A stretch of DNA of 64,000 bases from Felis catus (taxonomy: Eukaryota), in the NCBI RefSeq assembly GCF_018350175.1, contig NC_058368.1, positions 122,762,001 through 122,826,000 of the forward strand, read 5' to 3'. The notes under the pieces were generated by a model, which was not told where the DNA came from, made no database searches, and saw only the letters and a list, made by a program, of their open reading frames with translations. Positions 26,500 through 39,352 of the stretch are shown in pieces. Position 1 is the stretch's first letter, and every line of letters begins with the position of its first letter. The position numbers were made by a program, and so were the translations under genes.

Positions 26500-27090
26500 T
26501 GAGTGAGTGAGAGACAGCGCAAGCAGGGAAGGGGCAGAGAGAGAGGGAGACACAGAATCTGAAGCAGCTCCAGGCTCTGAACTGTCAGCACAGACTCTGA
26601 CACGGGGCTCAAACCCTCAGACCGCGAGATCATGACCTGAGCCGAAGTCGGATGCTCAAACGACTGAACCACCCAGGCGCCCCAAATTTCCTTCCTTTCT
26701 AAAGCTTTAATAATATTCATTGTATGTACAGACCACATTTTGCTATCCATTCATCCAGTGATAGACTCTTGGGTTGCTTCCACATTTAAGCTACGGTGAA
26801 TAATGATGCTGTGAGCATGGGTGTACAAACATTTCTTTGAAAACCTACCTTCAATTATCTTGGGCATATTCCCAAAAAGTGGTATTGCTGGATTATACGA
26901 TAATTCTATTTTGAATATTTTGAGCAACCACACCATACTATTTTCATTAGCAGCTACACATCATTTTATGTTCCTAACAACAACGCAAAGGTTCCAATTT
27001 CTCCATGTTCCCACCAACACTTGTTATTTTCTGTTTTGTTTTGTTTTGTTTTTGATAGTGGTCATCTTAATGGGCACAAAGTGGCTTGGA
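26105..27090 (-). mobile_element. L1 (L1M-type) 3' fragment, interrupted by a SINE
   Basis: ttaaccatttttaagtgtacaattcagt...gtaagtggaatcatac...gggttgcttccac...ccaacacttgttatttt. Confidence 0.88.
26447..26683 (-). mobile_element. Can-SINE inside L1
   Basis: TSD aatttccttcctttctaaa on both sides. Confidence 0.95.
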
Positions 27091-27394
27091 GATTTTTAAA
27101 ATCATAGTTATACTCATCATTTCTGTAATTTTTACTCTGACTATACATGGTGGAAAAATTATTTAGCCTAAGAAAGAAATCACCTCGTTGAATTTTATTC
27201 AGCATTAGTTTTAGAAATATTGTAAAAATACAACATATCTTTGAAGAATATAACTTGAAATTGTGGGATACTTTCAGGAATTTCATTCCCCAGTCTGTAC
27301 ACCAAATAATGCGAAGCTGCAAACTTTCATTGGTGCCAGTGAAACTGGTAGAAAACAGTTGTTTTCCATTTGCCTTGACTATTTTTCTTCATTT

Positions 27395-27628
27395 AAAAAA
27401 AATTTTTTTTTTGAGAGAGAGGGTGCAAGTGATTGAGGGGCAGAGAGAGAGAGAATCCCATGAGGGGCCGAGAGAGAAAGAACTGGGGCTCAAGCTCACG
27501 TGAAGCAGGACACGAGCTCACCCTAAATGGGGCATGTGCTCACCTGATTCGGGGTTCCAACTTACAAAGCGTGAGATCATGACCTGAACTAAAGTCCGGT
27601 GCTTAAGCACTGAGCCACCCAGGTGCCC
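27395..27628 (-). mobile_element. Can-SINE variant with internal degenerate ggggctcgagctcac-type repeats, 38 nt downstream of the exon 17 donor
   Basis: Head gagccacccaggtgccc and a repeated gctcac unit. Confidence 0.85.
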
Positions 27629-27666
27629 TATTTGTCATTTTTATGATGCCTCATCTTTGGACTCAC

Positions 27667-27735
27667 CATGTCACTTTCCAATTCCATCATTTTCTGGTGC
27701 AGGGCAGCCTCCGCTCCTTCGATTTGCTGGATCCA
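27667..27735 (-). CDS. JAKMIP2: JAKMIP2 exon 17 (69 nt, WIQQIEGAEAALHQKMMELESDM)
   Basis: tag|TGG acceptor, ATG|gtgagt donor. Confidence 0.95.
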
Positions 27736-28744
27736 CTAAGGAGTAAACAAGGAGTAAACAAAAATGTCTGACATCACTGCTTGACATGGTGTATATGGTG
27801 CAGTCTACTAAGTTGCTTTGTCTCTTCTTTTTTCTCAGAGAACTGAAGTGGAAACTCGGTGCGTTTTATCTCTAAGTTCAGGAAATAGAGTTATTCACTC
27901 ATTCATTCATTCACTCACTCAACAAACGCATTCACTGATGTCGACCATGTGTCAGGCACTGCACTAGGTACAAGGGCTTCTATGGTGAGTAAGACCAACA
28001 TGTTTTTTGCGCTCATTAGAAAACACCATAGGAGGCTTTCCTGGAAAAGACAACTGTGCTAGAGTCTGACGATTTTGAGTCAAAGATGATTAGGCAAAAA
28101 TGACACGCAAGTTCCAAGCAGAAGAGATATCCAATTCTTCGTGGTTGGGGGAAACATAATGAAAGTAAGAAGGCCAGGTGAGACTGGAGAAATGGCCATT
28201 TTTCAGTGTATGAAACGGACTACAGCTAAGTGTTGAAGAATCATTTTTGTTAAGTGGAGGCATTTTAAATCACATTAAAAAACTTACCTTTCCTAACACT
28301 TAGAATATATCATCCTGTTATATGGCACTGACGTTAACATTGATCAACACCCTGAGTAAAATCAGACTTTGAATAAGATTTTGAATAATAAGATTGAATA
28401 AGATTTTGAGTAATAAGCTTACCACATATATTGCTTAATAGAACATATTATAACATGTCTCTCCCAAGTTAAACATCAGCTTATCCTGTAGGGAGGCAAC
28501 TGGGCGTAATGATTGTGGGGGTTCTACAGGCAGACTACCCTGGGTCTAATCCCAATCCAGGATTTTCATGGCTGTGTGGCCTTGAAAGGTTATCTGATTT
28601 CTCTAAGCTTTAACTTTCTTTTCTGTGAAATAGGGTTAATAATTTGAAGAATTACAGGATGTAATTAATGGAAGACACTATGCACAATGTACTGCATGTA
28701 CTGGGTACACAATAATTCTAGTTCTTGGTTAACATTCATCCATT

Positions 28745-29171
28745 CATTTTAGAGAGAGAGATGAAAGCATGTGAGCAGGGGAGAAGGGCAGAAGGAGAAA
28801 GAGAATCTTTTTTTTAATATAAATTTTTTTAAACATTTATTCATTTTTGAGAGATAGAGACCAAACATTGAGCAGGGGATGGGCAGAGACAGAGAGGGAG
28901 ACACAGAATCCACAGCAGGCTCCAGGCTCCGAGCTTTCAGCACAGAGCCTGACATGGGGCTTGAACTTGTGAACGGTGAGATCGTGACCTGAGCCGAAGT
29001 CGGACGCTCAACCGACTGAGCCACCCAGATGCCCCAAGGAGAAAGAGAAGCTTAAGCAGTCTGTATCCTCAGTGCAGAGCCCGATTCGTGGCTTGATCCC
29101 ACCACCTTGGGATCATGACCTGAGCTGATATCGAGTCATATGCTCAAATGACTGAGCCACCCAGGCACCCC
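28745..29171 (-). mobile_element. Nested Can-SINEs (inner element about 28809-29035)
   Basis: Duplicated target aaggagaaagagaa flanks the inner SINE, inside the CT tract of the outer SINE. Confidence 0.9.
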
Positions 29172-29269
29172 AACATTTATTTTTATACATCTACACTGTT
29201 AGGAATTTGCCTCCGTACTAGTGATTTCATTTCAGTTTATCTGTGATAAATTATGTGGTGCACTGAGCA

Positions 29270-29458
29270 TTTTTTTAAAATATTTATTTTTGAGAAAGAG
29301 AAACAGCACAAGCAGGGGAGGGACAGAGAGAGAGGGAGACACAGAATCCAAGGCAGGCTCCAGGAAAGAGCCTGATGCATGGCTTGAACTCACAAACCAC
29401 GAGATCATGACCTGAGCCAAAGTCGGATGCTTAACCGACTGAGCCAACCAGGTGCCCC
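29270..29458 (-). mobile_element. Can-SINE
   Basis: Head, GA tract and T tail on the plus strand; internal deletion. Confidence 0.92.
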
Positions 29459-30734
29459 GTGCATTTTTTCTACGTACTAAAGCCTGACATTCACAAGGCA
29501 ATACCATGTCCAACAGCCTCTTAGCTATAAGAAATGTGGGGAAAGAATAAATGCACAGGGAGACTGAGGACCTACTCTCTCAGTTCTTGTACATACACGT
29601 GGCCTCCCCTTGAAACAGATTTCCATCCGAAATCATGGGTAGTCTCTGCAAGTGCAGACCATCAAGCTTTATTAAAATGCTGCCTTTTACTCACTGCCCA
29701 TTTATCATTGAGAAACTGTATTTTTAAGTATAGTAAATTAAAGCAGTTCAGTCATGGGCTTCAGATACAGACTTGTGTGTTGACTTGTAGCCCTTCTGAC
29801 TTGGGAAGCTTGACACAAGTTACTGAATAGCCCACACCTCAGTTTCCTCATGTGTAGAATGAAAACAGTGGATAAATTTAGGATGATTGGGAGAACAATG
29901 ACATTTGTGCAGTACCTGGCCCATAACATGTTCTCCCTTAAGATTACTGCTCTTACTCTTATTAACACAAAGTCACAATAGGATTTCCTTGTTGGAAATT
30001 TGTCTATGTTCAATCTCTGGTTATCAGTTATACTCCTAGACAGCAGAATGTTATCCAAGGTTGTGGTATTCAAAAGTTCAAGGCTGACATTTAGAATTAC
30101 TTGGAGATAGACATGTTCATCTGTAAATCCCAAAGGTAGGAGGCAACACTAACTTGTGAACTGCACAGACTATGAGCACTCTAAGGACAGGTTTGCATCT
30201 TGTGTATTTGGTTCTTCACTTATCCCTTCAGTGCTAAGCACACTGTCATCACTCTAAATGTTCAACTGAACCCCTCATACCGGTCTTGCAAAGGAGGTAA
30301 GTGGAGGCGTGAACTAATTCGCTGAAGGGCTAATAGATCAGCTCCTACAGGCTCTGTAAAGGGCACTTCCTGCTTTCAGTAGAATGCTTGAGGGGAATTG
30401 TGGTGCAGTGGAGAAGAAGATCATGGACTCCGGGAACAGACTGCTTGAGTGTGAATCCTGTCCCCATCATTTTCTAGGTGTGTGACTAGGGCCGTTACCT
30501 GCCTTCTCTGTGCTTCAGATTCCTCATCTATAACAGTAGTATCAAGAGAAGTGCCAGGTACACACAAAGCACTATGCAAGTGTTAATTATGGTTAAGTTC
30601 GAGTTGTATCGCATGCACACAGGGCAGGGAATGGAAGAAAATTTCCATCAATCTAAGTAAATGTGAGGCACACAGTCCCACTTTTCCTTTACTTTTTCCT
30701 ATTCCTACTTTCTTTTTTTAATGTTTATTTATTT

Positions 30735-30982
30735 ATTATTTTTTTTATTTTATTTTATTTTTTTTAATTTTTTTTTTTTCAACGTTTATTTATTTTTGGG
30801 ACAGAGAGAGACAGAGCATGAACGGGGGAGGGGCAGAGAGAGAGGGAGACACAGAATCGGAAACAGGCTCCAGGCTCCGAGCCATCAGCCCAGAGCCCGA
30901 CGCGGGGCTCGAACTCACGGACCGCGAGATCGTGACCTGGCTGAAGTCGGACGCTTAACCGACTGCGCCACCCAGGCGCCCC
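30735..30982 (-). mobile_element. Very young felid SINE inserted in the tail of an older SINE
   Basis: Intact CpGs and a long patterned tail; perfect TSD aatgtttatttattt at 30720-30734 and 30983-30997. Confidence 0.96.
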
Positions 30983-31197
30983 AATGTTTATTTATTTTTG
31001 AGAGAGAAAGAGCACGCGCGCGCACGCGCGCACATGAGTGGGGGAGGGGCAGAGAGAGGGAGACACAGAATCTGAAGCAGGCTCCAGGGTCTGAGCTGTC
31101 AGCACAGAGCCCGACGTGGAGCTCAAACTTATGGACCTCGGAATCCTGACCTGAGCCAAAGTTGGATGCTTAACCAACTGAGCCACCCAGGCGCCCC
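30983..31197 (-). mobile_element. Older host Can-SINE
   Basis: Full head and GA tract; contains an alternating GC/AC run at 31012-31035. Confidence 0.93.
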
Positions 31198-31459
31198 AGC
31201 CTATTCCTATTTTCTTTTCCATTTCCCTAATCTTTCCTTCACATCCTAGTCCTTGCCTTTTACAGAAATTGGCCCAAGTTTTCTTGATATCCCTAAATTA
31301 AGGTGCCTTTTCTTTCAATAAAGAATTGTAGCCCTCATGAGTCCAATAGAATGCGACACTGGCTATTGCTGCCAAATAAATGTAGCAGATATGGGAGTAC
31401 AAACTGTATTTTCTTCATCAGCGTGGCATTGGGACACTGTCCTGTGGACATTCACAAAG

Positions 31460-32090
31460 TCACTTATTCACTCCCTCAGTAAATACATGCTGATCACCTG
31501 TTAGATGTGCTGGACTGTTGTGAAGAACTAGGGAAACAAAGTGGAATAAACAGATACCATAGTTGCCCTCATGGAGTTTAACGTCTAGTGGTAGGTAGTT
31601 GTGGGGCATATAACAACAACAAAAAACAAGCAGCCACATTACAGTTGTTAAAAGCCATAGTAGCAGATGCACAGGTCACTGTGGAAATACAGAGAAAAAA
31701 ATACCTAACAGGGCTTGGGTGAAGAAGAAGGCTACCTATGTATGGGGATGTCTAATGGTTAAGATTGAGCCACACAAAGGGAGAAAAGGAAGAAGAAAGT
31801 AACTTCTAGGCAAAGAGAAGAGCCTAAGGACCAAGGGATGGAAATACTGATAGAGATGGAGAAAGAGAGAGAGAAAGAGAGACACAGAAGACTGGGACAC
31901 CAAAAGGATTTGTATACGGCTGGCCCTCAGCTAGGGATCAAAGAAACAAGTGGGATCCTGGAGAAGCAGGCAAGAGCTAGACCTAGAGACCCTCTTGGCA
32001 AGTTCTAGATTCTGGACCGTATGTTAGGGACAATGCAAGGTTATTAATGTGTTGTGGAGAGGGAAAGTGATGGGTCTGTAATTACATTGC
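31460..32090 (-). mobile_element. L2 fragment
   Basis: cacttattcactccctcagtaaatac...gccctcatggagtttaacgtctagtgg. Confidence 0.65.
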
Positions 32091-32892
32091 AAGGGAACTC
32101 AGTTTTTTAAAAAGCAAATACCAGGTACTATTTCACATGTATATGATTCCTTTTGTTATCTGATACCTGGTCCATACTAAAATCTCCCCAGGTGTCAACA
32201 AAATGCCCCCCCCCCTTGGTTTCCCTGAATCAGAATCCAAAAATGGGATTATTTTAATAATTTTTAAGTAATCTTTTATTTTATAGCAGCCCTTCCCTCT
32301 TCAAGTAGGTGCTGATTCTCAAGGCACCCTGAACACAGCCACTTCTCAGGCTTCTCCGATTGGCTCTTTCCTCCTCTCTTCCTGCCATTTACCAGGTTAA
32401 GACACAAGGGGGCCAGAGCACACACTCAGTGTTGCTCAGCTGACAGTCCCCAGGTTGGACTTTCTGAATTGTATAGCCATGAACCACCGCCAGGTTACAG
32501 AATCATCTGGGAACAACTGCTATACGCACACCCAGGGAAAAGCCCATAAAAAGAGCCAGGCTCTCTAGTTTACCATCTCTCAACAAAAACCTCTATTGGT
32601 TTCCCAGCTTGGGAGGGACTCTGTGGATAATATAATCCAGAAAGTTTTCCATTTTGTAAGAAATACATTTTTTTAAGAGACTACAAAGCAAGAATTATCC
32701 ACCCACCCCAAATCACACTTTTCTCTAGTGTGTTCCCATTCTATTGGGGTTGCATCACCCTGAAAAAAAGACATTTATTAGGTACTCAATAACACAAAGT
32801 CATGTGCAAAGAAAATGTCCTTCAACCCTACCCTAGTCTTTAGGGGTTAAGCCAGACACTGAGATGATCTGAATGTTAGTATGATGTATTAC

Positions 32893-32958
32893 CTTTTCTG
32901 CCAGGGACAGCACAGTGCTGGCCTGAATTATGGCCACTTGTTCTTCATTTCTTAAGTT
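32893..32958 (-). CDS. JAKMIP2: JAKMIP2 exon 16 (66 nt, NLRNEEQVAIIQASTVLSLAEK)
   Basis: cag|AAC acceptor, AAG|gtaata donor. Confidence 0.95.
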
Positions 32959-32969
32959 CTGTCAAAAAG

Positions 32970-32973
<4 letters not shown>

Positions 32974-33028
<55 letters not shown>
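32974..33028. repeat. (AG)n microsatellite, read as (CT)n in the exon 16 polypyrimidine tract
   Basis: Pure dinucleotide run directly visible. Confidence 0.98.
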
Positions 33029-33032
<4 letters not shown>

Positions 33033-33822
33033 AGAAAATAAGCTGAAGACACAATATTTACACTATCAGAAAATACTGCCTAACTGCCTGTTATACTCTT
33101 GCCTATGCATGCATGAAGGTTAACAACTGTTCTATTTCACTTGGTAACAATTCTTAACAAAATGTTCATTCAAAACGTGTAAAAAGTACATTAAATGTGA
33201 TTTTTATATCTCTAAAACGGACTAGATTTTGTTTCACAGTTGTTTGATGTGATTTAATTGATTCTGTTCTCCTCTTTGATAATTTTTCAAGGCAAAAAAA
33301 AAAAATGGTGTGACTCTTTCAACCTGCATATGCATCATTCATCTAGTATCTCAATGAATGGTCCTCCCACTGAATTAATATGCCTTGACCCTGCCTGGAA
33401 GGTGTTTTTAGAAAGAAAAGAGATTATAGTTTCCTGGTCCATTTTTATGGGGCTGCCACCAACCCTAGTATTTAGCAACATTTGCAACTGCATGACTGAT
33501 TAATTTCACGCCGGATGGCTCTAAGCAACAGTGAGAAGGTAATTAGCTTTAATCACTGCAGATGTGGTCGGCATTCAAACCTGAAACCAGCCAGCGAAGA
33601 AAAGGACTTTACCAGTTTCCATTTCTGCCACTACCTTGCAGAGATCCTTAGAACCCCTCAACTAACTTGTTTGATAAACCATGACTGGTTCTCTTCCATG
33701 GGCCACATCCTTAAGAGAACATGGTATCTCACTTGCTATTATTTTACATGACTGGCAAATATTTCTTGCTTCTCATTGGGCAAATTCGTATCTTTACTGC
33801 CCTTAATCAATTCATTACTTAC

Positions 33823-33876
33823 CCCATTATCACCCAAGATATCAAGCTGCTTTATGAGATCAGGGATGTTCACATC
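33823..33876 (-). CDS. JAKMIP2: JAKMIP2 exon 15 (54 nt, DVNIPDLIKQLDILGDNG)
   Basis: cag|GAT acceptor, GGG|gtaagt donor. Confidence 0.95.
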
Positions 33877-35399
33877 CTGCAATATCAAGGAGATACATTC
33901 AAGTTAAAGACACAAATGCGGTTTAGCATTCTATCAGTATCCGACCCTTAAGTCTGAGAAGACATTTTAAGCCCTGTACTTCCTTGGGTTGTTTTCAATC
34001 AGGTACATGTGGCTTTATGTTTCCACTCTGCTTCTTGCAAGTTGCGTGAACCTGGGAAAACTTACTTAATGGCTCATTCTCAAATTCACCAGCTGCAAAA
34101 TATCTCCTGATTTTGAGGATAAGAGATTCTATATCAAAGAGTCTAGTTTATAATAAGGACTTGGAATTCTTTCATTAATTTTTTTTCCTGATAATTGCCA
34201 CTTTCTTTTCAATTGCAATAAATTTTAGGTATAAAGAAAACTAACAGGTAATAAATATAATCAACCAATTTCATTTTAATTAATGGAATTCTAACCTGGT
34301 TGAGATTTTGACTGCCACATAGAAAAAAATACAGCACATTCCATCTTTTAGCATTAATTTCATGCTGTGAAAAACAGCTCATTTTGACTATATTTCTTGA
34401 GACAGTTTGAAGTAGCCGAACTCCATTTGAAAAAATTTCCCTGAATATAAATTACATCCACTGGATTAGCTTGTTTGTGATTTATCTAAGAAAAAGCATC
34501 TAAGGAAAAGACAAAGTAAAGTACTTTTCATTTAATTAGAGCTGAATAAAAAACAAAACAAAACAAAAACATGGCTCCGGTTTACAAATTTTTGTGCAGC
34601 CCAGGAAGGCCAGAAATTTAAACACCATGAAAGAGGTTCAGGATGAAAAACAAGGAAACACAATTTTATTGCCTAATTTTCCTCCCACTTTTTACTGCGT
34701 TAGTACCACTTTCTCCTCTTACTCACATTCAGATAGCGGTATATCCTTTCCTTCCACCAGGAAGGGGGAGGTCTAGCTCAATCTCATAGATAGAGAGAAA
34801 GCAATGAAAGCAGGTATTATCTGGCAGCTTGGGGTGGGAGCAGGAAGGGCCATGCACAAGGTCAAGGAGAGACCAGGAATAGCAGGAGGCATCCCAGCTT
34901 TCCCTCTGGGATAGATATTCACCATGTGATTTCATTACATTGAAGGGATAATATATTTTCCAGGAGATGGAGCCACCTCCATTCAACCTTAATGTTTAAA
35001 ATGTATTCCGATATCCCTAAAGATAAAATTACATTTTATCTAAATGAACAATATGTTACAAATCATAAATCCTTCCAAAAGACAAATCTTCCCTAGATGA
35101 AACATATCAAAAGAGAGGGTGGACCAGATGATTTCAAGGTCCCTTCCAGCACCAAATTCCAAGATTATGAATCCCACAGCGCTTAGAACAGCACAACAAA
35201 GGGACTCGACAAACACTTTTTTATCTGGTATCCTTGAAATGTGTTTCTTGAAGTATGGGATTTATTTAGTATCTCCCCTATATAATGAAGGTTAATTATC
35301 TTAATATCTGAATTTGCATCATTCCTTATGCTATTGTGTTCTAAATAATCATGGTTTATTGTGTTCTCTATTAACCATTCATACATCTGTCACACATCT

Positions 35400-35517
35400 T
35401 TTTAATAAATAAAAAAAATTATTTTAAGTAAGCTGCACATGCAATGTGGGGCTCAGACTCATGACCCCGAATATCAAGGGTAGCACACTCTACTGACTGA
35501 GTCAGCCAGGCACCCCT
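35400..35517 (-). mobile_element. Short or old Can-SINE
   Basis: caatgtggggctcagactcatgacccc...gtcagccaggcacccc. Confidence 0.85.
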
Positions 35518-35660
35518 AGGTGCAGCTATTTTCAATATCTACATAGTTTGTATCAAAATGACATCCAGTGACTGAAAAAACAAGTCATGAACAACCTCCC
35601 CTTTTCCAGTTCCCAGTTTTTCCACTTTCTACAAACATAAAAAATTGAGTGTCTGCCTAC

Positions 35661-35759
35661 CTTGACACCTTCTTTCATACAGTAGATCTGTAGAGCACTC
35701 ACACCATCTGAGAATGGGTGAATTTGTAGATTAAATGGAGGGGATCGTCTCTCTCTTTC
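35661..35759 (-). CDS. JAKMIP2: JAKMIP2 exon 14 (99 nt, ERERRSPPFNLQIHPFSDGVSALQIYCMKEGVK)
   Basis: aag|GAA acceptor, AAG|gtaggc donor. Confidence 0.95.
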
Positions 35760-36334
35760 CTTGAAATACAGTGAAAAGTATATGGGAATTAAAAAACAAA
35801 AAGCAACAACTGATCAAATGCTAAACCAGTTGTCTGTGTTCTCTCTTTATACTGTTTCAGTTTATCAATGTCATTGTGCAAAAAAAAAATTGAACTCAAG
35901 ATGTTCATGCTTAAATTTAATGGAAAAGAAGAGATAAATCAACTAAGAAGTATGGGAGAAGAATTTATAGTGTCATTCAGTCTTGCAAGTTTTTTGATCA
36001 GAGAAATGTAGGAAGTGAAGTTCCAATTTAAACTACATGAATATTTAGAGCTTTCAGGTGTCACAGAGAATGGTCTTTTGACCATGAAGTTTTATGGCAG
36101 CTAACAGCCTTTTGCATATTCAATCTACTCAAGCTTTATGATTAAGATATGTGGGCTACCAAAGATGACTTAACACTTCTTCATGGAGGAGCACCAACCA
36201 CTACCTCTATCCAAATCTAATTTGAAAAAATCTCAAAAAGAAGCTGCTGGCAAAATAACAGAGCTATCAAATGGGAAATTTCTTACCTTTTACATATCAA
36301 CATACATTCAACCAGACCCTATGCCAGATTCTTT

Positions 36335-36456
36335 TTTTAAAAAAATATATATTTAAGTAATCTCTATCCCCAATGTGGGGCTAGAGCTCATGACCTCGAG
36401 ATCAAGAGTCACACGTTCTTCTGATGGAGCCACCCAGACACCCAAAAGAAGTCAGG

Positions 36457-36506
<50 letters not shown>

Positions 36507-36610
36507 CAGATTACTTTTATAAGTAATGTCTATACCCAACATGGGGCTTGAACTCATGCCCTGACATCAAGAGTCACGTGGTCTACTGACTGAACCAGAC
36601 AGGCACCCCA
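36335..36610 (-). mobile_element. Two short Can-SINEs separated by a (GT)n run
   Basis: Two aagtaatctcta...caagagtcac...cccc units. Confidence 0.85.
36460..36503. repeat. (GT)n microsatellite
   Basis: Directly visible. Confidence 0.98.
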
Positions 36611-36969
36611 CGAGGCCAGATTCTGTGTGATAAAAATCTGATTTTATTATGTTTTACTTAAAAAAAAATTAAAAAGACAGAAATTTGGCCAGGTTAGCCA
36701 AGGTATTTCCTTAAACAAGTTACCTCGCTTTTTGGCCTTTTTCATAAGTACGTTATAGATTTAAAAGTTTACTCACAAATTCAAGTGTCTAAAACAAAAT
36801 ATTTTTGTATATACCAGTCTGAAATACTGTTCTTGAGGTAACATTTTTATGAGTCAGAATTCAATGAAGGATGGAAATGATTATTGAGAAGCAATGAAAT
36901 ATTGATGAAGTTTGATATCTATTATTTAAATTATTTAAAAATTATTCATTAGTCTTGTTCTTAAAGGCA

Positions 36970-37200
36970 ATAGTGTTGAAAAGTACAGTCTCTGAGCAGA
37001 CAATTCTGACTTGCGTCAGTGTTTCACCACTTATAGTCACAGGTCTTGGGCAAGTTGTTTAACCTCGGTTGCCTCATCTATAAAATCCTGATTATGGTCG
37101 TTGAGGTCCAAGGAGAGTACGCATCAGAAATACTTAATTCAGCACCTCCCACACAGAATGTGTTCAGTGCATGTTAACTGTTATGAGTATTTCTATTATC
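36970..37200 (+). mobile_element. MIR
   Basis: tcttgggcaagttgtttaacctcggttgcctcatctataaaat. Confidence 0.75.
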
Positions 37201-37222
37201 ATTATTATCATCATTGCCTTAC

Positions 37223-37321
37223 TTCTAGCTCTAGGTTTCGAAACTCCAGCAGCTCATTCTGGTCTCGGGCATCCTGTAGTTCTTGTTGCAACCGGTGATT
37301 TTCTGCCTCCTGTTTTTCTAT
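37223..37321 (-). CDS. JAKMIP2: JAKMIP2 exon 13 (99 nt, IEKQEAENH...RNLELE)
   Basis: tag|ATA acceptor, GAA|gtaagg donor. Confidence 0.95.
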
Positions 37322-37830
37322 CTAATAAAGTAAATCCTCAAGTTAGGTGAACATTGCAAACACCGTCTACCGCTTAGCAAAGCAAGCATGGAGAGCACTC
37401 GTTTACGTGGTGAATAAATCATCTAGACCATGAAAAAAAAAATCCCAATGAGATGTGAGCAAAAGAAGTTTTAGGCTTTCCTCCTAGTTATCCTTTGGTT
37501 GAGTTTTTTGTGTCATGGAGGAAAATGAGACAAGATGACATACATTCACTGACAACGTCTGGGGACCCTGTGAGTAGTGAATCTGCGAGTACTCATTAGG
37601 CTCTTGCTGTGGGTCAGGGACAGTGTCCTGAGACTAAATTTAATGGGGTAAATCATGGACACTGACATCTCTTGTTTCTGGAGTTACAAATGGTTGGGGA
37701 AATTTTACCTAAATAGCTCTGATCATATACAAAACTTTGAGGGGTTCCAGTTACCATAAAATAAAGCCAAACTTGTCAATATGGAATTCAAACACCTAGC
37801 TTTCCAGGCTTAAATATTCTGTCATCTCTA

Positions 37831-37831
<1 letters not shown>

Positions 37832-37861
<30 letters not shown>
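37832..37861. repeat. (CA)n microsatellite
   Basis: Directly visible. Confidence 0.97.
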
Positions 37862-37866
<5 letters not shown>

Positions 37867-39286
37867 TGTGATCACACATAAGAATCTAGAAATTCCTATC
37901 TACCCTATGGACTGATTATGCCAGGAGCTATATCTTTGCTCATCTCTCTGCCTAAAAGAGGCTCCCCCCATTTCCTTTCCTATGTGAGGAAATCCTATTC
38001 TTCCTTGCACACGGAACTCTAATATCCCCTACCAGAAGAGGCTTCTTTTGTTTACCCATTTAGAAGTTACACCTTTTCCCTCTGTTTTCCTATACGACGT
38101 CTATAACCTGATGAAGCATAGAATTAGGTTAGTTGTGTAAAATACGCCTCACCCTGTAAGACAGGCCCATATCTACAAGGGCTCAGAAAACTTTCATGAT
38201 CTGTAATAGGTTCGGGGCTGCCTTTGATTCTTAAGCTGTGTGGGTGGACCCTTAGGCACAGTAACTATTTAAAATCTTGAACTTAGAAACAAAAATCCAG
38301 GGGCTTTTTATCATAGGATGAATCTTACTTCCCCAAGTATACACACTTGAAGTAGGAAGTTTAGCTTTATTGTCATTTTTGGTTTTTTACTCTTAGAAGC
38401 TTGAGCCCCTCAAATTCTCCTTGTAGCCCAAGAAATCAAGACCGAATGGAATCAGACAGAAGACATAATGAGAATTATTTTTTAGGTGATAAAGAAGTGT
38501 AATAACACTTACTACTGGGCATCTCTGAGACTACTAGAAGTTGACTTAGATCACAAAAAGAGATTCTACTACCTAGAATCTTGAATTTGGATCAGAGATG
38601 GGATATTTGAGGAGATGTTTGATTCTGGTGGATAGCACTAGCAATTAGGTCAGTGGATCTTGGGTTGCAAGTCAGAGACCAGGGCTGATGTGTGATGAAA
38701 CTTCTTTACGGGGACTCCTCACCTCTCTGAGAGTACCAGTTCTCGATCCTGGAATACCCACCCGCCTTCTATCCATCTGCTCTGTTTCTCCTCATTCAGA
38801 AAGTGAGGTAGGGTAAGGACTGCTAGATCAGAGGGGAGGGAGGACAAGCATCTTCTTTCCCTTTGCATGCTTACAAGAGTGTTGTGGTTAATTTTCAACT
38901 TACCACGGCTAGTGAATATTGGCAGAAGAAATCTTAAAGTAATTTCTACATAACCTTTGGATGAACCAACAGAATTATTTCCCTTATTCAAATGGGCTTT
39001 CAAATTCTGGGTTTTTTTTTTTTCAAGAATAATTTAAAGTTACTTTGCAATCTTTTCACTGGATTTATGGAAGGTGAATACTGATGGAAAGAACCACCTT
39101 TGAAGTTAAAATGATCTCTGTTGTATTTCACTGCCCCAATCAAAAGCCTGTGTTCAGATAATCGAATTAATTATATGTACTAGGCCTAAACCATGCTTTT
39201 GCATCTTGATTTGTTGAACAACTTCCTGGACATGCTGTTTTGTACCTTGGATGCATCTTTTAAAAAGTTCTTTATTTAAAAAAAGT

Positions 39287-39352
39287 ATATATATATATAT
39301 ATATATATGCATATATACATATATATATGTATATATATATATATATGTATAT
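39287..39352. repeat. Imperfect (TA)n microsatellite
   Basis: Directly visible. Confidence 0.95.

Noticed and set aside
30721..31149. 142-aa ORF and similar SINE-overlapping ORFs (e.g. 9165-9525, 12341-12627, 26460-26750, 46344-46620)
   Set aside because: Translations of Can-SINE sequence (MAQSV.../GAWVAQS...), not genes
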